Below are positions 24,001-28,830 of a stretch of DNA of 54,345 nt, piece after piece. The stretch's first letter is position 1. The number at the start of each line of letters is the position of its first letter. A program made the position numbers and the translations under genes. Under the pieces are notes generated by a model. It was not told the origin of the DNA and made no database searches. It worked only from the letters and a program-made list of their open reading frames with translations. Origin of the DNA: Candidatus Caccovivens sp. (GTDB lineage Bacteria > Bacillota > Clostridia > Christensenellales > UBA1242); the NCBI GenBank assembly GCA_051888935.1, contig JBJFCL010000023.1:1-54345 (forward strand), written 5' to 3'.

Positions 24001-26836
24001 AAGTGCAATCAAAGTTTACTATGCTCGACGCTCTTACACACTTTCAATCAATATTGGTGCAAACATTTCGGAAGTTGGAATTGAATCTTCTGGAACTGGC
24101 TCACATCAAAAAATTACTGGAAATAATTTTGTTGTTAAATATTCTGTTAAATTCCAAGACAAAGTAACAATGTTCTTGACGGAAGCAGCGGGTTATGATA
24201 ATGGTTACTTTGTAGTTGACACCATAAATAGTGTCCAAGGAGCAAAACTTGAAAGTGACGGAAAGTCAATCTATATGGTTGGTGCAGATGATAAAGCGAA
24301 TGTTCTTGCGGGAGATATAACCATAAATACTTTCGCAGTTGCAAATACAGACACAAGATACACTGTCAATGTTTATAAGCAAAATCTTGAACTCGAATAT
24401 GAACAATCCCCAACATACACAATGTACTTGACTGGCGAAACTGACAGCGAAATTGACAAAGAATATGTCAAAGAACAAGTGGCATTAAACGCAGAATTTG
24501 ATTTTGCAGGATTCACGTTTGCGACTGTTGAATTTACAAATGGAAGCACAATTTCTGGAAGTGGAAACACAGTTGTTAATGTAAAATACACCAGAAATAA
24601 AGTTGATATAGCAATTGATGCGACAAATCCAAATGCGTTTGACAAGATTGCAGAAAGCGGAAGTTATTTATATGAAAAACAAACGAACTTCCAATTTACT
24701 CTCGCAAAAGGATATTCTCTTGATAAAGACACTGAGATTTTCATTACAGATGCGGAAGGAAACAAACTCACAGATGTTGAATTTACCGTTTTGAGTGCAA
24801 ATAATGCTTTGGGAACTGTGGATTATACAGTTGTTATCAAAGTTCCAGCACTTCCAATCATTTTGAAACTTACTCCACAAGCAAAACAAGACACAGAATA
24901 CAAAGTTATTTATATGTTCCAAACTGTGGAAATGGGCTTGAATTTTGAAGAAATTTCAACAATGCCAAGCGAGACAAAACAAGGTACAACAGACACAATC
25001 ATCACTCGTGAAATGCTAGGTTTTGACGATTTGAATGTGACAGGCTTTACTGCTGATCACACTTCAATTGATGATGGCACAACATACATCAAAGGAGATG
25101 GTTCGACAGAAGTGAAGATTTACTTCACAAGAAACACTCATGTTGTATATCTTGAAATTGTGGACGAAATGAATGGACTTGTTCCTGATTCAATTATTGT
25201 GCTTGTTGAAGACAAACCTGCATCAGTTCTTCAAAACAACGCATGGAATGTGGCTTATGGTCAAAAAATTTCAATTACATTTGGAATGGCAGAAGGCTTT
25301 ACATTCATTGGTTATGAAATAGATAACATTTTGCAGATAAACAATGTAAATGGCACAACTCTCACATACACAATGGTGGATTCTGATATCAAAGTGAAAG
25401 CAACCATTTCGCCAAAACTTGACACGCCATACACCATTGAATATTACAAGCAAATAATTGTTGACGGAGCATTGGCAGGATTTGATAAGGTCCTCACTGA
25501 TACCAAGACAGGCAAGACTCACTTGTATCTTGCTCCTGAGACAATCAAAGATTTGTATGTTGACAATATTGCTGACAATGTTGCAGGATACACAGAAGAC
25601 CTCTTTAAAGGGTTCGATTACAATCACTACACATCAATGGCAAAAGGCGAAGACACGACAGAATTCACAAGAATTGTTGGAGATGGAAGTCTTGTGATTA
25701 AGTTCTACTACACCAGAAAACTCATCAATGTTTCTGTTGTCGATTACAACCCTGAACATATTGAGAGAATTACAGGTGAAGGTAACTATGCATTTGGAAG
25801 TGAGGTTACTCTTACAGTCACTCCAAAACCTGGATATGAATTCAAATATTGGATTATAAATGGTGAGAAAGTAACAGAATCAGAATATACTTTTGTCTTA
25901 AACGAGGAAGTTGATGTTCAAGTTGTGATTGAGTCTTCGGTCGGTTTGGCAAACTACACCGTTGAACATTATTTTGAAAAGATTGGAGTTTCCCAGTTTG
26001 AACTCAAATACACAGAAACTTTTGAAGGTGAAACAGAGTCAACAATTCAAATTGAAGATTTGATAAAGAATGAAGTTGGTTACACATTCATGTATAGCGG
26101 ACAAACAACTTATGTTGTGATGGGTGACGGTTCCACAGTAGTAAAACTATACTATGGACTGAATCTCATAACATTTAGAATTTCATACTCAACAGGAATT
26201 GATGATATTACCATCGAAGGCTATGGCGGTGGAGAAGAGATTGTGTTTGTTGACTATGATATAGCAAACAAAGTTTACACTTATAGTGCAAAATACACTA
26301 AACAAATAAGTTTGAGTGTTGATGTTTCAAAAGGTTATGAATTTATAGGTTGGAGACTAAACGGAGATAGATTGTTAGATACAGATGTCGTTCGTGGATA
26401 TTTGTTCACTGTCGAACCATTAGACTTTACTTTGCAAGCTATGGCGGTTGTAAAACAATTGACCATTATGTTCAATCCAAACAATGGAACAACAGGTCAA
26501 ACTATTCCTATGGTTGTTGAGTACAATTCCACAGTTACACTTCGTGAAAACAACTTTAAAAATGGCAACAAGAATTTTGTAGGCTGGGCACTTGCCGAAG
26601 ATGGTGAAGTTGTGTATCTCGATAAAGCTGAAATTACAATTGATGAAACAACAGAACTTTTGTTTGATGAAAATGGAATGTTAACTTTGTACGCTGTATG
26701 GGAAGAAAAGGAAACAAGTATGTTCTGGCTATGGATTCTCATAATAATTCTCATTCTTTTGATTTTGATTTTAATAATCATGATGATTATCAGAAGGAAA
26801 AAGAGAAATAAGGCCAAACTTATGAGCAAGCAATAA
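2..26836 (+). CDS. Giant repetitive cell-surface protein (>=8,944 aa, 5'-truncated by the window); InlB B-repeat/Flg_new (Listeria-Bacteroides repeat), divergent InlB-B and MucBP-like modules; C-terminal transmembrane anchor
   Basis: Frame is open from position 2 (GNKTATIVVKQGY...), so the GTG at 260 is not the true start. Dozens of YTITFDANGG...RTGYTFxGW...LYAxW repeats. Ends MFWLWILIIILILLILILIIMMII-RRKKRNKAKLMSKQ (TM helix plus basic tail, no LPxTG). Confidence 0.93.
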   Translation, partial: GNKTATIVVKQGYINAPIAITVSGVANSYVITLNGNGATTEGTTSVTAVYDSATLETITNPLRTGYTFAGWTATKDGNDVVITTAGVFANVDGYTADGVWKRAQDTTLYAKWNANTYTVTFEANGGTPSVASKVVTYDSAYGTLATATKEGYIFGGWYLDSGLTNQIAEDTIVKTAENHTLYAKWNSKSVSVHIQNLSGTANEGTVMGIDSYTYTGTFNTGDTIIFTHTAKTDASGNALYVFNKYVKGTNWNDTSVTSYTITASDTDAGQVIEFRVCYVVQLSVTAVTDGEISGVGGLVSIYSQTPATTNNYDSAYYGESSTFPVSATAKNGYRFDGWFDNSACTGDALSTNVEYSHRFGSNGAVKLYAKFTAIDYTIDYVLGTGATWADGYTAPTSYKITESVTLPIATNVTKMGYTFAGWYDNAELSGTPIIIIEIGTTGNKTFYASYTANDYTITYTANGGAGADVVQDVTFDQTFTTKASDTFSRTGYTFAGWSTSATALAGTFTEPSTQYTYNVAGDTTLHAIWTANKYTVTFNGNGNTSGTMTSIELTYDVKANLPENKFVRSGYTFEGWATTENGTVAYLDKAEVVNLTTSGTFQLFAVWSANTNTPYKVNVYKANTSGTYTDVTAQVLDRTGTSDAKLTFVTTDTAITIDGVKYEYTGFSYDATKTGITSATNMTILPDGTLEIDIYFSRNEYTLTIKPNGGVYSGKATDTTVKGLFETTYNVEAVVREGHDFIGWTLTGAGIFDTDTNVYTFKAGNDTLTAEWQILSYTLTLTKDEGIKTFVATGANVTDNKDDTYTVVYGSTVTLSYTLNDGYNFKGYESAQVTVSDNLFTMIAGNVTVKATTNENAYTIRLNLNGGEGAETSKDISALYATPQNLPSIASLGWSKSGYYFAGWGISEDSTTVFKTDGAEVVKLATSGVFNLYAIWSANSYEITFDANNGEGTIAKMTNVVFNENVTLPMNNGAITRTGYTFLGWSEDASAISATYEDGATFKYTKPDDMALKAVWSENSYTLTLDANDANYQGTATLIAGKSKTQTLKYTQNVNFESIYARTGYTFAGWARNATATTPDYTTSSVASGLVSTANGSITLYAVWTASEVEYKVVHYGQTIEAALSNATTFTVANRNNYAVLETETKTAFTDSTAVYAFKTLTGFTVTNNMYTNLSGNALVVQADGSLEIYLLYTRNSSTVSVEIAEKGIVSVDIAYSTRESNKTFTANGSVDVYYGENLTVSAITKVGYAPNATITLIGATSTSITATIFDMPDNDVTISVSATPNTDTPYTVYHYTENLAGGYDLHTTENLKGTTDTTANAVVKTITNYTHDAGVTGTVLSGNIAGDGSLELYVYYTLDTYTLTLSADSKISGVKATGVGATLTDETNNVYTVKVTASIELSYDAIATGYSFKEWQVVLGTVTITDNEFTMPAQDLSIKAVSEPIEYEIIYHGNNGLIDGASTKTEKIRFDASTTIMAGDTVTRTGYTFSTWNTMADGNGDNMAVGTQYTHTKTENLNLYAMWTANKYDVTYTANNGTADDKTFEKSATFDSDYTVLDNTSANGMGWTKTGYTFIGWARSASATTPDYTAGNVFKYTVDGNTTLNAVWSANSYTINYSANTVDKNGDALYGKATGSTAGTNATYDQDVQLATNGYNLVGYIFKGWKDNATGTIYNAGQTLTKPNFTSDANGTYTLYAVWEAETITIKVYKDVADSTATTTFTLVYGKSYTGDDAILVENLNSYDKTGYNLTGFATADGTMWIDKDGKIMSGVTDTIGNVITDGNIFAYTDEDNEMSIFAQYSAKPYIVTFDTDTTKPSDGSSITISQTSKTVYFNQTFGEDGLWPTPSLGGYFFDGWSTSNLYRALSLEQYHTLEGAQETVDSKYIFTRGEGENVVEYVYVQRNADNTPSTTLIEVATVQASFVKASDTVWDIGDAGLTLYATWIGRTDISYTVYYYLEEIEFDSLADNFADYTQSGTNYPEIPTTINYTDKDGNTKTYLQIKSETHNNALIADKVENYIYKYNYTGFTYKYYEYTGDTIQADKEGEQDVGKSKIYAFYTRQEYTLTLDTSKGVASVTASGTGVTDNHDGTYSIKYNALVTISAGMKAGYAFNAWVNKAGYTEVEPTSTANDDDASEATFNMPSTTNGVYLTATATPQTVNYYVEVYEQNVANDNYTISGTRATFTGTTDTNVDIAKHNTARNGFKYDHYTVGITTSETETLNGSLNINGEGNLVVRLYYTRNTYTITLTANKGVASVSAQGDSLTGSNGVYTVRYGAEITLVATAKAGYTLTSTVWTVDTGSTQVTVANGKFNMPAGNVMLSANATPNTDTAYRVNYYVQNADGTFVLDSAFTEYDIYGESGHSKTNPYSTNIQGTTDTVAPIATYNSISILGMKYSYYVVTSTTNGKTDDVFNEVTNGNLNIDGDGSLVINLYYSRETYTLTLNTSVGVATVSVAPATGISAGTAANTYNIMYNITVTLNHTLTSQGYTFNKWTINSGLTGEALSGNTFTMPTNAVVLTATADANVYNIVYHYNDGTIPETTKSQPVTYASNVTLLDKFARDGYVFAGWAETSTGTIVYNDKATFKYEKIGDLDLYAIWSNIKYTISFNANNGTGVMASMEVTFDEPVTLTKNTTITRTGYTFLGWSEDADAEVATFLDEATFTYNKVGDMILYAIWSENSYTLTLDGNNDDGHQGTATFKSGVTTNTQNLKYTQNADLREIYDRTGYTFVEWNTQSNGSGTRYLTTDTVSGLKDGTTGNDSITLYAIWTATTVNYKVIVYEQNLATSNDYTTDNYTRVSTSENETQSALTDATISVNTFITPRTGFTFDGFTTNKTVEDAYSTVVQADGSLEIYLWYTRNTYTVTTSVKSGDNGIGTIIGAGDYQYGASVTLTATINAGYTFEKFASSNGTLQADITTNGATFTMPAGDLHFVASTTKNPNTNYYIKYLFETDQKGVYEEDTTLSATFAGSGTGETESTITLDMIKTANDTTNILNVKGFEYANFGLLDNTTDPVSYKSVTITGDGNATVNVYYTRMSYTLTINYYYASETEPYTSIAPSVVEDYLHGASGTVVSPIITGYTADKLSVDWEIDGQDLTIDVFYTPNTYTITFDANQGNVTPISKSFTIEDIVTLPQPTRDGYTFVVWEVTEIATETNFVMGTRYTTSIDKGMYGNVTLMAVWEPITNNVTYTLTNTIKVSGQDKLASGTAYNGTFRAEEGYSLPATSDIVVKMTINGVTKTMTAGTDYNISITDGICAILIDGEKVVGDIEIIITSTANEYLANITGENTTVSVDGTTYTTTASKTVATATSITFYAKANEGYGRSGITFVVTSGNATLSEVTENDGVYSVTASGYTSTFTVTATATINSYTLTVDPANGTFNGSTDVVTFTQNFQTTLAISNPTRTGYTFTGWDITEIGKGSLDKATFTFGASDSKLTATWSVNRYKVTLNLNDSNFANGTTAVESVNIENVTISNGTITLYAQYDSTYATLYTEDGKSVSFADFTSANVTRKGYDFAGFYTDRVLLGESATNSTPVSSLTEFKTANNDTVIYAYWTRKSDVKYTVNHYLEKLDIDNPDTSVSAHWELAENGTEVFTDGTSDGEVTPDVRTITGFTAPATKTATVNADGSTVVNYYYTRNQYTLEIKSNFKAYDTETTIIGTGLNEVVITVNGTTLTQNSTLVDFGSNIVVTSLDLYAGYSYTGWTINKKIGEEDVKHDGALENIFAEFNYTMTQYNSTILFGFQGNIYSVEYILDNGTNGAGNTEEYQTSINNKAFDIVDPTKTGYTFNGWTIAWADGDNSDTGIAEDETSTLPTIDNKVLTILANTYGKLKLTANWTANSYTITLNQNGADVESSPLSVTAVYDQTTEFIITNPQKTGHTFLGWTTTMNGDVIVINVDGSLAHGVDGYTDENGVWTRPNPTEVFAKWKANTYTIIFNGNGSTDGNMDNLTMTYGVPANLTTNSYSKDGYSFDSWNTNANGTGTKYLNGQEVVSLKENEGDTLTLFAQWTAKANDVTYTLSHTIRLTGVDSINSGTEFTSTFRAEEGYSLPATSDIVVKMTINGVTKTMTAGTDYNISITDGICAILIDGEKVVGDIEIIITSTANEYLANITGENTTVSVDGTTYTTTASKTVATATSITFYAKANEGYGRSGITFVVTSGNATLSEVTENDGVYSVTASGYTSTFTVTATATINSYTLTVDPANGTFNGSTDVVTFTQNFQTTLAISNPTRTGYTFTGWDITEIGKGSLDKATFTFGASDSKLTATWSVNRYKVTLNLNDSNFANGTTSATSTIGTANAGIIEMYITYGTNFGSMYLNLAETEDETAYSIAEFTSSVIKRSGYTFTGFYTEKNLLTAKDLAGELVTATRDFTTANDNTVIYANWTYNTNMSYTVRHIRVAVGQTGETAESVVETETFTNGVTDHTVTPAVKTYEGFVSPSEQTVTITAEGDITINYIYTRQTYTFALEAGVGVASVSATGTGVTPNAYETGVIARTYTVEYGAVISLTATAKTGYSMSSFTAGENFTGAGTDTITATYTMPSRSVTITANATANRYAVILNVNAGSDTVTGTGITVTDGKVTLYAEYDAKLGKLYTGETGEKSVQLDSLNLRREGHTFAGWYSKAISADGLSDATDYTEYTALTDVNFTDPLNIYAYWTINTYTLTVKYKYDSGAEAYADAVRTVKFRSEETVTSPTIYGYTPDKAEVKVTMPAEDVTVTVIYTANTYTITYNVDGETSTETYTIKAPITFKMVTKTGYTFAGWLVTSETQTGVTGNWTKDSLYTETTAPEGMYGDVTLTATWKANTNTKYYVDIYQMNNDGSWNAEATTTEERTDGTTAQALNITVADTTVTINDVTYSFTGFSVDKIKTGDISNVVVAADGSTRVAIYFSRNTYAFTFSATEGANILVKVNGAEATSGSEVYYGAEIKVSASVSEGYTWAGYASAGTMPTGFVLDNMAEQTVYMSNGTWTLTAQASINSYTLTIDAGEGYYGDEHSVTVTQNYNTTLDLETPIRTGYTFTGWTLKKTIMPEDETDTHFGTLSKSAEGVWTYKFGAGDDTITANWKANRYEVVVNLNDATFANGSTYADATVVETNEGNNLVQANGLVTLFAEYDANYSILYTSLDGTDYITFASIANITRTGYNFVKLASNRNGTDEILVNTICNITTGRTVYAIWTGKTYNLTIAKNLNKVSVVVENVDTTEIADKYKVVFDSTITLTVTASTGYHFVNWTIGENELATSETTQYLFATDGDLTITANVAPNAYTIVYDANGGDGFISSQDAEYDSDVVLSDGKGFTKTGYTLTGWSYGEKTYELSKTVQNLTTENNGEITLLAIWTANTYKVKLETNDAKETLSDLTATYDEAVEIVGTLTKAGYDFEGWSVSNGRESDATLVEDITGYATLTEYLVETSALSGIYKFEDKYYVFNLKEDQDAEITIYAIWKEGFAYYTLEYRLETLDGQFELDNNEIFAEEGLTFTANSKPVNSITGTSVSIEEKSYTGFTLDLSHAGTLTSGIVDGNNTLVLTLYYTRNTYSINFVKSIEKGVTNVSASSAYMVGEKFKFNSNVTVEAQIAKGYTFNNLTMGETVIDTTSFSFKIDSDKTITVNVTANSYDYYVRFSFEELNGTYTEDSSKDLTFNALVDTPITYDMVQTRVEEAIANFAGYKFFSFEEGKSVAPVVEETDEATVVVVKLARDSFDLTLQLTTGVERLEAVESQYVREITEGVAENTKRYSVVYGAEVVLEYAIKVGYDFESFSSTLVTGDETNGFKIGAFPSEDLTIYITATPKKVNFTIKYYLEKFASSGELDLVNDFEYKASYDQVEQGYTDSEIEDVEGLSLKTITGFEYSTFESGVKISGDGTTTLNVYYLRKSTEISVELQEGIASVTLTASEEEGAYTVNETLTENGKVLVKFDATVTFTYTLKNNDGYKFVGFTGGVVETDGIYTLKVGEEAVTIVAQTENNTFTITYYGNTSTSGEMETQQATYNRAVTLNNNAFEKIGYVFAGWNTLANGEGEDYEQGATFTYLLTNDLDLYAQWTPITYNIAYDANGGQGEEMEGHFGVKYDERVTLRTMIFTKTGYTFGGWSYVDDNDLTVVIPTTDLTAINLTATPNKTVTLRAIWNVNSYILKYNSNYSSITELADVEITDGTYTYIEEVTIKANTDATLGFTVVGYTFAGWKDTETGTIYSAGTKVSMLRSENDDIVVLSAIWTPITYTIAFNNNTGVGEMTPMTNIEYDTSVTLTKNTFTKTGYDFAGWSTTQTGGVEYEDEKVVKNLANEEGAVVTLYAVWTAHTYTITYKANGGTFDNTLDLTDGNYVVSYTIEDDITLLSDKLTMRGYTLAGYSFEGENIEGNWKSVFSGDINFNTLDSLTLDAGFYGNITLVAKWEINSYTLRIDYVYANGDQAADTVIQQIVYNTAYSVTSPIIVGYTASHSEISGVMDITGANYLVTYTANTYTLTFNLNDSISSPANALTNNEIKVTYDDTYANAYVGEVTNVVGLETPNRAGYTFEGWFTTSALDSKVTNADTVKLTEDTMLYAKWKANDDTKYYVDFKFETLDGSDYVVTELQETLIGQGTTDTEVTETMIRGLLTNGMFPTFNGYSLGEIILTNIGAKGDSRVTVRYTRDYFELHIIIKTGVDAVSVSTDETPTESQETSFYIEDLTNDNYRVRYGAHVVLTKTILDNGYQFDGYTSNEVTVTDNKFEMIASEVTVTANASARSYKIVFVGNGGKTSEEELTYEQTEGTIYKKTVTLMANKFEKEGYYFYGWSIVQTDIATKDFGDEAEYTLNTYQEVVTLYATYRPQGFDLMLSGGDAGIDASKAYITADGEEVTLEEKMTINYDQTVRVYAKYGDNTVAKGGYDFDWLTVNGVEVECVVDDVTGDIYYEFVFKGNTTVKFYSKARTDTNFKVEYYIQNVDRTDYLLKEELICNEGTTGKLVDLDYLTNLGLIKDYEGFAYSTFSQVAIEYGNDTENGYLTTVTISYMRLHFGLVLNKTEGILTLQPNETVPNTITSLEGQYRVNFETPFNLILIVKDGYRFTGFTVVVKKSEGSVALVDSETEWTLTEGEDGYYHDGTKIFGFVYDEENGYYVIDKMPAYDVTITANSTPEIYTIAYNRNINDEDSTQMEENVVYNNAYSIKHINNLTWSKAGYDFLGWATSKQNADNQIVNYTFSDTNDLTFDAYTTVGNIELWAVWTPSDNTYTIEYYFEELDGTFTKNAELTANKNGKTDQFVTYELLDASKTVGYTFDSENALNILEGTISADGGLTLKVYYTRNYYLVSIAYDIGFENLYASTSSNEHIKDANNDGMNFTARVKFGAEVTISYTIKSGYKDALIKETSTTSTSITNGVFTMPVADIAISATTSPETYTLTFDGNGGSYVDGEEVVTTPYTQDFVYLAPATKLMKNKFTLAGYTFQGWLIDGAMYEDEELYTYTATTNLTAVAQWKANPNTKYTVAFELQNIDGTYTEVGRVTLTGETGATITDEMAQAGFSEIDFVELGLDRAGFTFGKVDENKTIAGDESTVVTAKYDLVKFALSINLDKDDTEIPEIIDGFDSLEISYSSTTGNLQDEITENKTLQIEYLSAIKVKVTTIYGYKFTRLTATGTKFTAVFTADDVDENGYISFAMPAEALTIKVEIETETYTITYHKNLKGDTETTIQYVRYLDENVVLNGSYYETGYTLKKWNTKANGEGTDYELNAVISSYTLDNLDLYAIWEPNTYKVVYNNNYGSGSINDFVATYDEITEISDGREFNKIGYAFAGWSTNGIINMVSEVDSKDAITSIGIYFNRGDSKYYIFNLSTGEVENATVTLYAIWTPIKYTVTFVYDNVEGSKTASAGEFEYDKVGTLPAYSTLGWSKAGYEFAGWSYTDTNGEEKKIVCGIDDTPEIKNLANTPTDVKLYVIWGKGTSTFKIVILLETLNGAYGQTEGNYVEILNNSAETESTITSEMAYYNYISNTTYWNITGFEYNPERQDTITVSGNGTSAIKVYYARRSYTLSINIGANISEVGIESSGTGSHQKITGNNFVVKYSVKFQDKVTMFLTEAAGYDNGYFVVDTINSVQGAKLESDGKSIYMVGADDKANVLAGDITINTFAVANTDTRYTVNVYKQNLELEYEQSPTYTMYLTGETDSEIDKEYVKEQVALNAEFDFAGFTFATVEFTNGSTISGSGNTVVNVKYTRNKVDIAIDATNPNAFDKIAESGSYLYEKQTNFQFTLAKGYSLDKDTEIFITDAEGNKLTDVEFTVLSANNALGTVDYTVVIKVPALPIILKLTPQAKQDTEYKVIYMFQTVEMGLNFEEISTMPSETKQGTTDTIITREMLGFDDLNVTGFTADHTSIDDGTTYIKGDGSTEVKIYFTRNTHVVYLEIVDEMNGLVPDSIIVLVEDKPASVLQNNAWNVAYGQKISITFGMAEGFTFIGYEIDNILQINNVNGTTLTYTMVDSDIKVKATISPKLDTPYTIEYYKQIIVDGALAGFDKVLTDTKTGKTHLYLAPETIKDLYVDNIADNVAGYTEDLFKGFDYNHYTSMAKGEDTTEFTRIVGDGSLVIKFYYTRKLINVSVVDYNPEHIERITGEGNYAFGSEVTLTVTPKPGYEFKYWIINGEKVTESEYTFVLNEEVDVQVVIESSVGLANYTVEHYFEKIGVSQFELKYTETFEGETESTIQIEDLIKNEVGYTFMYSGQTTYVVMGDGSTVVKLYYGLNLITFRISYSTGIDDITIEGYGGGEEIVFVDYDIANKVYTYSAKYTKQISLSVDVSKGYEFIGWRLNGDRLLDTDVVRGYLFTVEPLDFTLQAMAVVKQLTIMFNPNNGTTGQTIPMVVEYNSTVTLRENNFKNGNKNFVGWALAEDGEVVYLDKAEITIDETTELLFDENGMLTLYAVWEEKETSMFWLWILIIILILLILILIIMMIIRRKKRNKAKLMSKQ
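9651..10402 (+). repeat. Direct repeat copy 1 (752 bp, in frame, inside the giant gene)
   Basis: gcacattccgagcagaagaagg...aacggaacaaca recurs at 12138-12889 (offset 2,487 bp = 829 codons). Identical by eye; the antisense ORFs at 9754 and 12241 are also identical. Confidence 0.93.
12138..12889 (+). repeat. Direct repeat copy 2 (752 bp)
   Basis: Matches 9651-10402. Confidence 0.93.
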
Positions 26837-26842
26837 CATTCA

Positions 26843-26874
26843 AAGAAAAAAGACCGTAATTGGTCTTTTTTCTT
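26843..26874 (+). terminator. Rho-independent terminator of the giant gene
   Basis: aagaaaaaagacc-gtaatt-ggtcttttttctt inverted repeat just after the stop codon. Confidence 0.85.
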
Positions 26875-27015
26875 ATGTATAACATTTTATCATTCAGTAT
26901 CATAGTTCCAAATTCATAAAAAAACGGAAAATCTTAGAACTAATGCCAAATATTTTTGATTTTTATTTTGTATTTTGGACAAAATATTATAAACTATAAA
27001 CGGAGGGTAAAATTT

Positions 27016-28149
27016 ATGAATAAAATCAAAGTAGTACAATATGGTTGCGGAAAGATGAGCGTTTATACAATGCGCTATGTCTTTGAAAAAGGTGCAAAAA
27101 TTGTTGGGGCGTTTGACATTGCAGAAAATGTCATTGGCAAAGACATTGGAGAAATTATTGGTGACAAAAAGAACTACAAAGTAAAAGTTCAAGACGCCAA
27201 AAATTTCGAAAAGTTTTTGATGTCACATGAAGTGGACATTGTAATTGTCACAACAATGAGTTTGCTTTCAGATGTTGGAGAAGCACTTCTCACTTGCGCA
27301 AGATGTGGAGTAAATGCTATCACAACTTGTGAAGAAGCATTCTTCCCACAAAACAGCAATCCAAAATTGTTTGAAAAAATCAATGAACTTGCCATTGAAA
27401 ATGGCTGTACAATCTGTGGAAGCGGTTATCAAGATGTTTTCTGGGGCAATCTTATCAGTGTGCTCGCAGGCGCAACACACAAAATCACAAAAATCAAAGG
27501 AAAGAGCAGTTACAATGTTGAAGATTATGGCATTGCACTTGCTCGTGCACATGGTGCTGGACTTTCTGAGAAAGAATTTGACGAACAAGTTGCTTCTGCT
27601 GACAGAATTTCTGATGCTGAACGCAAAAAAGTCATTAGAGCAGGCAAATATTCTCCAAGTTATATGTGGAATGTCAACGGCTGGTTGGCAAGCAAACTTG
27701 GACTTACTGTAAAGAGTCAAACACAAAAATGTGTGCCTCAACTTGCCAAAAAAGCAATCAAGAGTTCCACACTTGGAATGACCATTCCAAAGGGACATTG
27801 CACAGGTATGAGTGCAGTTGTAACAACAACCACAAAAGAGGGGATTGTGATTGAGTCCGAGTGTATTGGCAAAGTTTATGACAGCACAGAATTTGACTGC
27901 AATGACTGGACAATCGAAGGAGAACCAAACACCAGAGTTGTTATTGAAAGACCTGCAACAGTTGAACTTACTTGTGCAACAATTGTCAACAGAATCCCAG
28001 AAGTTCTGATGGCGCCAGCAGGATATTTCACAACAGAATATATGCCAGAAAACTTCTATAAACAAGAGAGCCTTGACAAATATGTCCTGGACGAAGGTTG
28101 CTGTTGTGATGATGATTGCGATTGTCACGATGAACATTGCCATTGCTAA
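27016..28149 (+). CDS. NAD(P)-dependent dehydrogenase, DapB-like N-terminus / 2,4-diaminopentanoate dehydrogenase (Ord)-amine dehydrogenase family, with a Cys/His/Asp-rich tail
   Basis: GGAGG RBS then MNKIKVVQYGCGKMS (Rossmann fold); GVNAITTCEE; IEGEP...TCATIVNRIP. Confidence 0.7.
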   Translation: MNKIKVVQYGCGKMSVYTMRYVFEKGAKIVGAFDIAENVIGKDIGEIIGDKKNYKVKVQDAKNFEKFLMSHEVDIVIVTTMSLLSDVGEALLTCARCGVNAITTCEEAFFPQNSNPKLFEKINELAIENGCTICGSGYQDVFWGNLISVLAGATHKITKIKGKSSYNVEDYGIALARAHGAGLSEKEFDEQVASADRISDAERKKVIRAGKYSPSYMWNVNGWLASKLGLTVKSQTQKCVPQLAKKAIKSSTLGMTIPKGHCTGMSAVVTTTTKEGIVIESECIGKVYDSTEFDCNDWTIEGEPNTRVVIERPATVELTCATIVNRIPEVLMAPAGYFTTEYMPENFYKQESLDKYVLDEGCCCDDDCDCHDEHCHC

Positions 28150-28160
28150 TAAAAAACAAA

Positions 28161-28189
28161 AAAATTGTCTGACTTGTTCAGGCAATTTT
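28161..28189 (+). terminator. Intergenic hairpin (terminator or processing site)
   Basis: aaaattgtctga-cttgt-tcaggcaatttt. Confidence 0.55.
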
Positions 28190-28207
28190 CTTAAAAGGAA
28201 GAAATGA

Positions 28208-28828
28208 ATGTTAGTTACTTTTGAAGGTGGAGAAGGGTGTGGAAAAAGCACTCAAATTAAGAAATTTAAAGAGTATCTTGAAAAAGAAAAAATTGATTAT
28301 TTAATAACTCGTGAACCGGGTGGAACGGAAGTTGGCGAGCAAATAAGAGAGATTCTTTTGCATGGCAAGTCCAACTTATCTTCCGAAACAGAATTTTTGC
28401 TTTTTTCAGCAAGCCGTAGCAAACTTGTTGAAGAAGTTGTCAAACCTGCACTCGCAGAAGGGAAAGTTGTTGTTCTTGACAGATATTACGACTCGTCATA
28501 CACTTATCAAGGTTATGCAGGAAATTTAAACCTGCAAGATTTGAAATCCATCACACAATTTGCCATAAAAGGAGCCGTCCCTGACCTTACGATTTTGCTT
28601 GATTTGCCATACGAAGTGGGAATGAGCAGAAAATCAAAAGACGAAAACCTCAAAAATCTTGACCGAATTGAACAGAAAGGCAAGACTTATCACGATAGTG
28701 TGAGAGCGGGATATTTGAAACTTGCCAAAGAAGAGCCAAAACGAATTTTTGTTGTTGATGCATCAAAGTCTGCAAATGATGTTCACAAAGCAATCATCGA
28801 AGAATTTGAAAGAAGATTCAGAAGGTAA
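28208..28828 (+). CDS. tmk: Thymidylate kinase
   Basis: FEGGEGCGKSTQ P-loop, TREPGGT, DRYYDSSYTYQG. Confidence 0.97.
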   Translation: MLVTFEGGEGCGKSTQIKKFKEYLEKEKIDYLITREPGGTEVGEQIREILLHGKSNLSSETEFLLFSASRSKLVEEVVKPALAEGKVVVLDRYYDSSYTYQGYAGNLNLQDLKSITQFAIKGAVPDLTILLDLPYEVGMSRKSKDENLKNLDRIEQKGKTYHDSVRAGYLKLAKEEPKRIFVVDASKSANDVHKAIIEEFERRFRR

Positions 28829-28830
28829 AT

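Noticed and set aside
83-26829. Many Cys/Val-rich antisense ORFs and Gln/Leu/His-rich alternative-frame ORFs over the giant gene
   Set aside because: Shadows of ACA/GCA-rich coding sequence, with no RBS or recognisable motifs.
27268-28251. 327-aa antisense ORF
   Set aside because: Mirror frame of the dehydrogenase gene, with no motifs.
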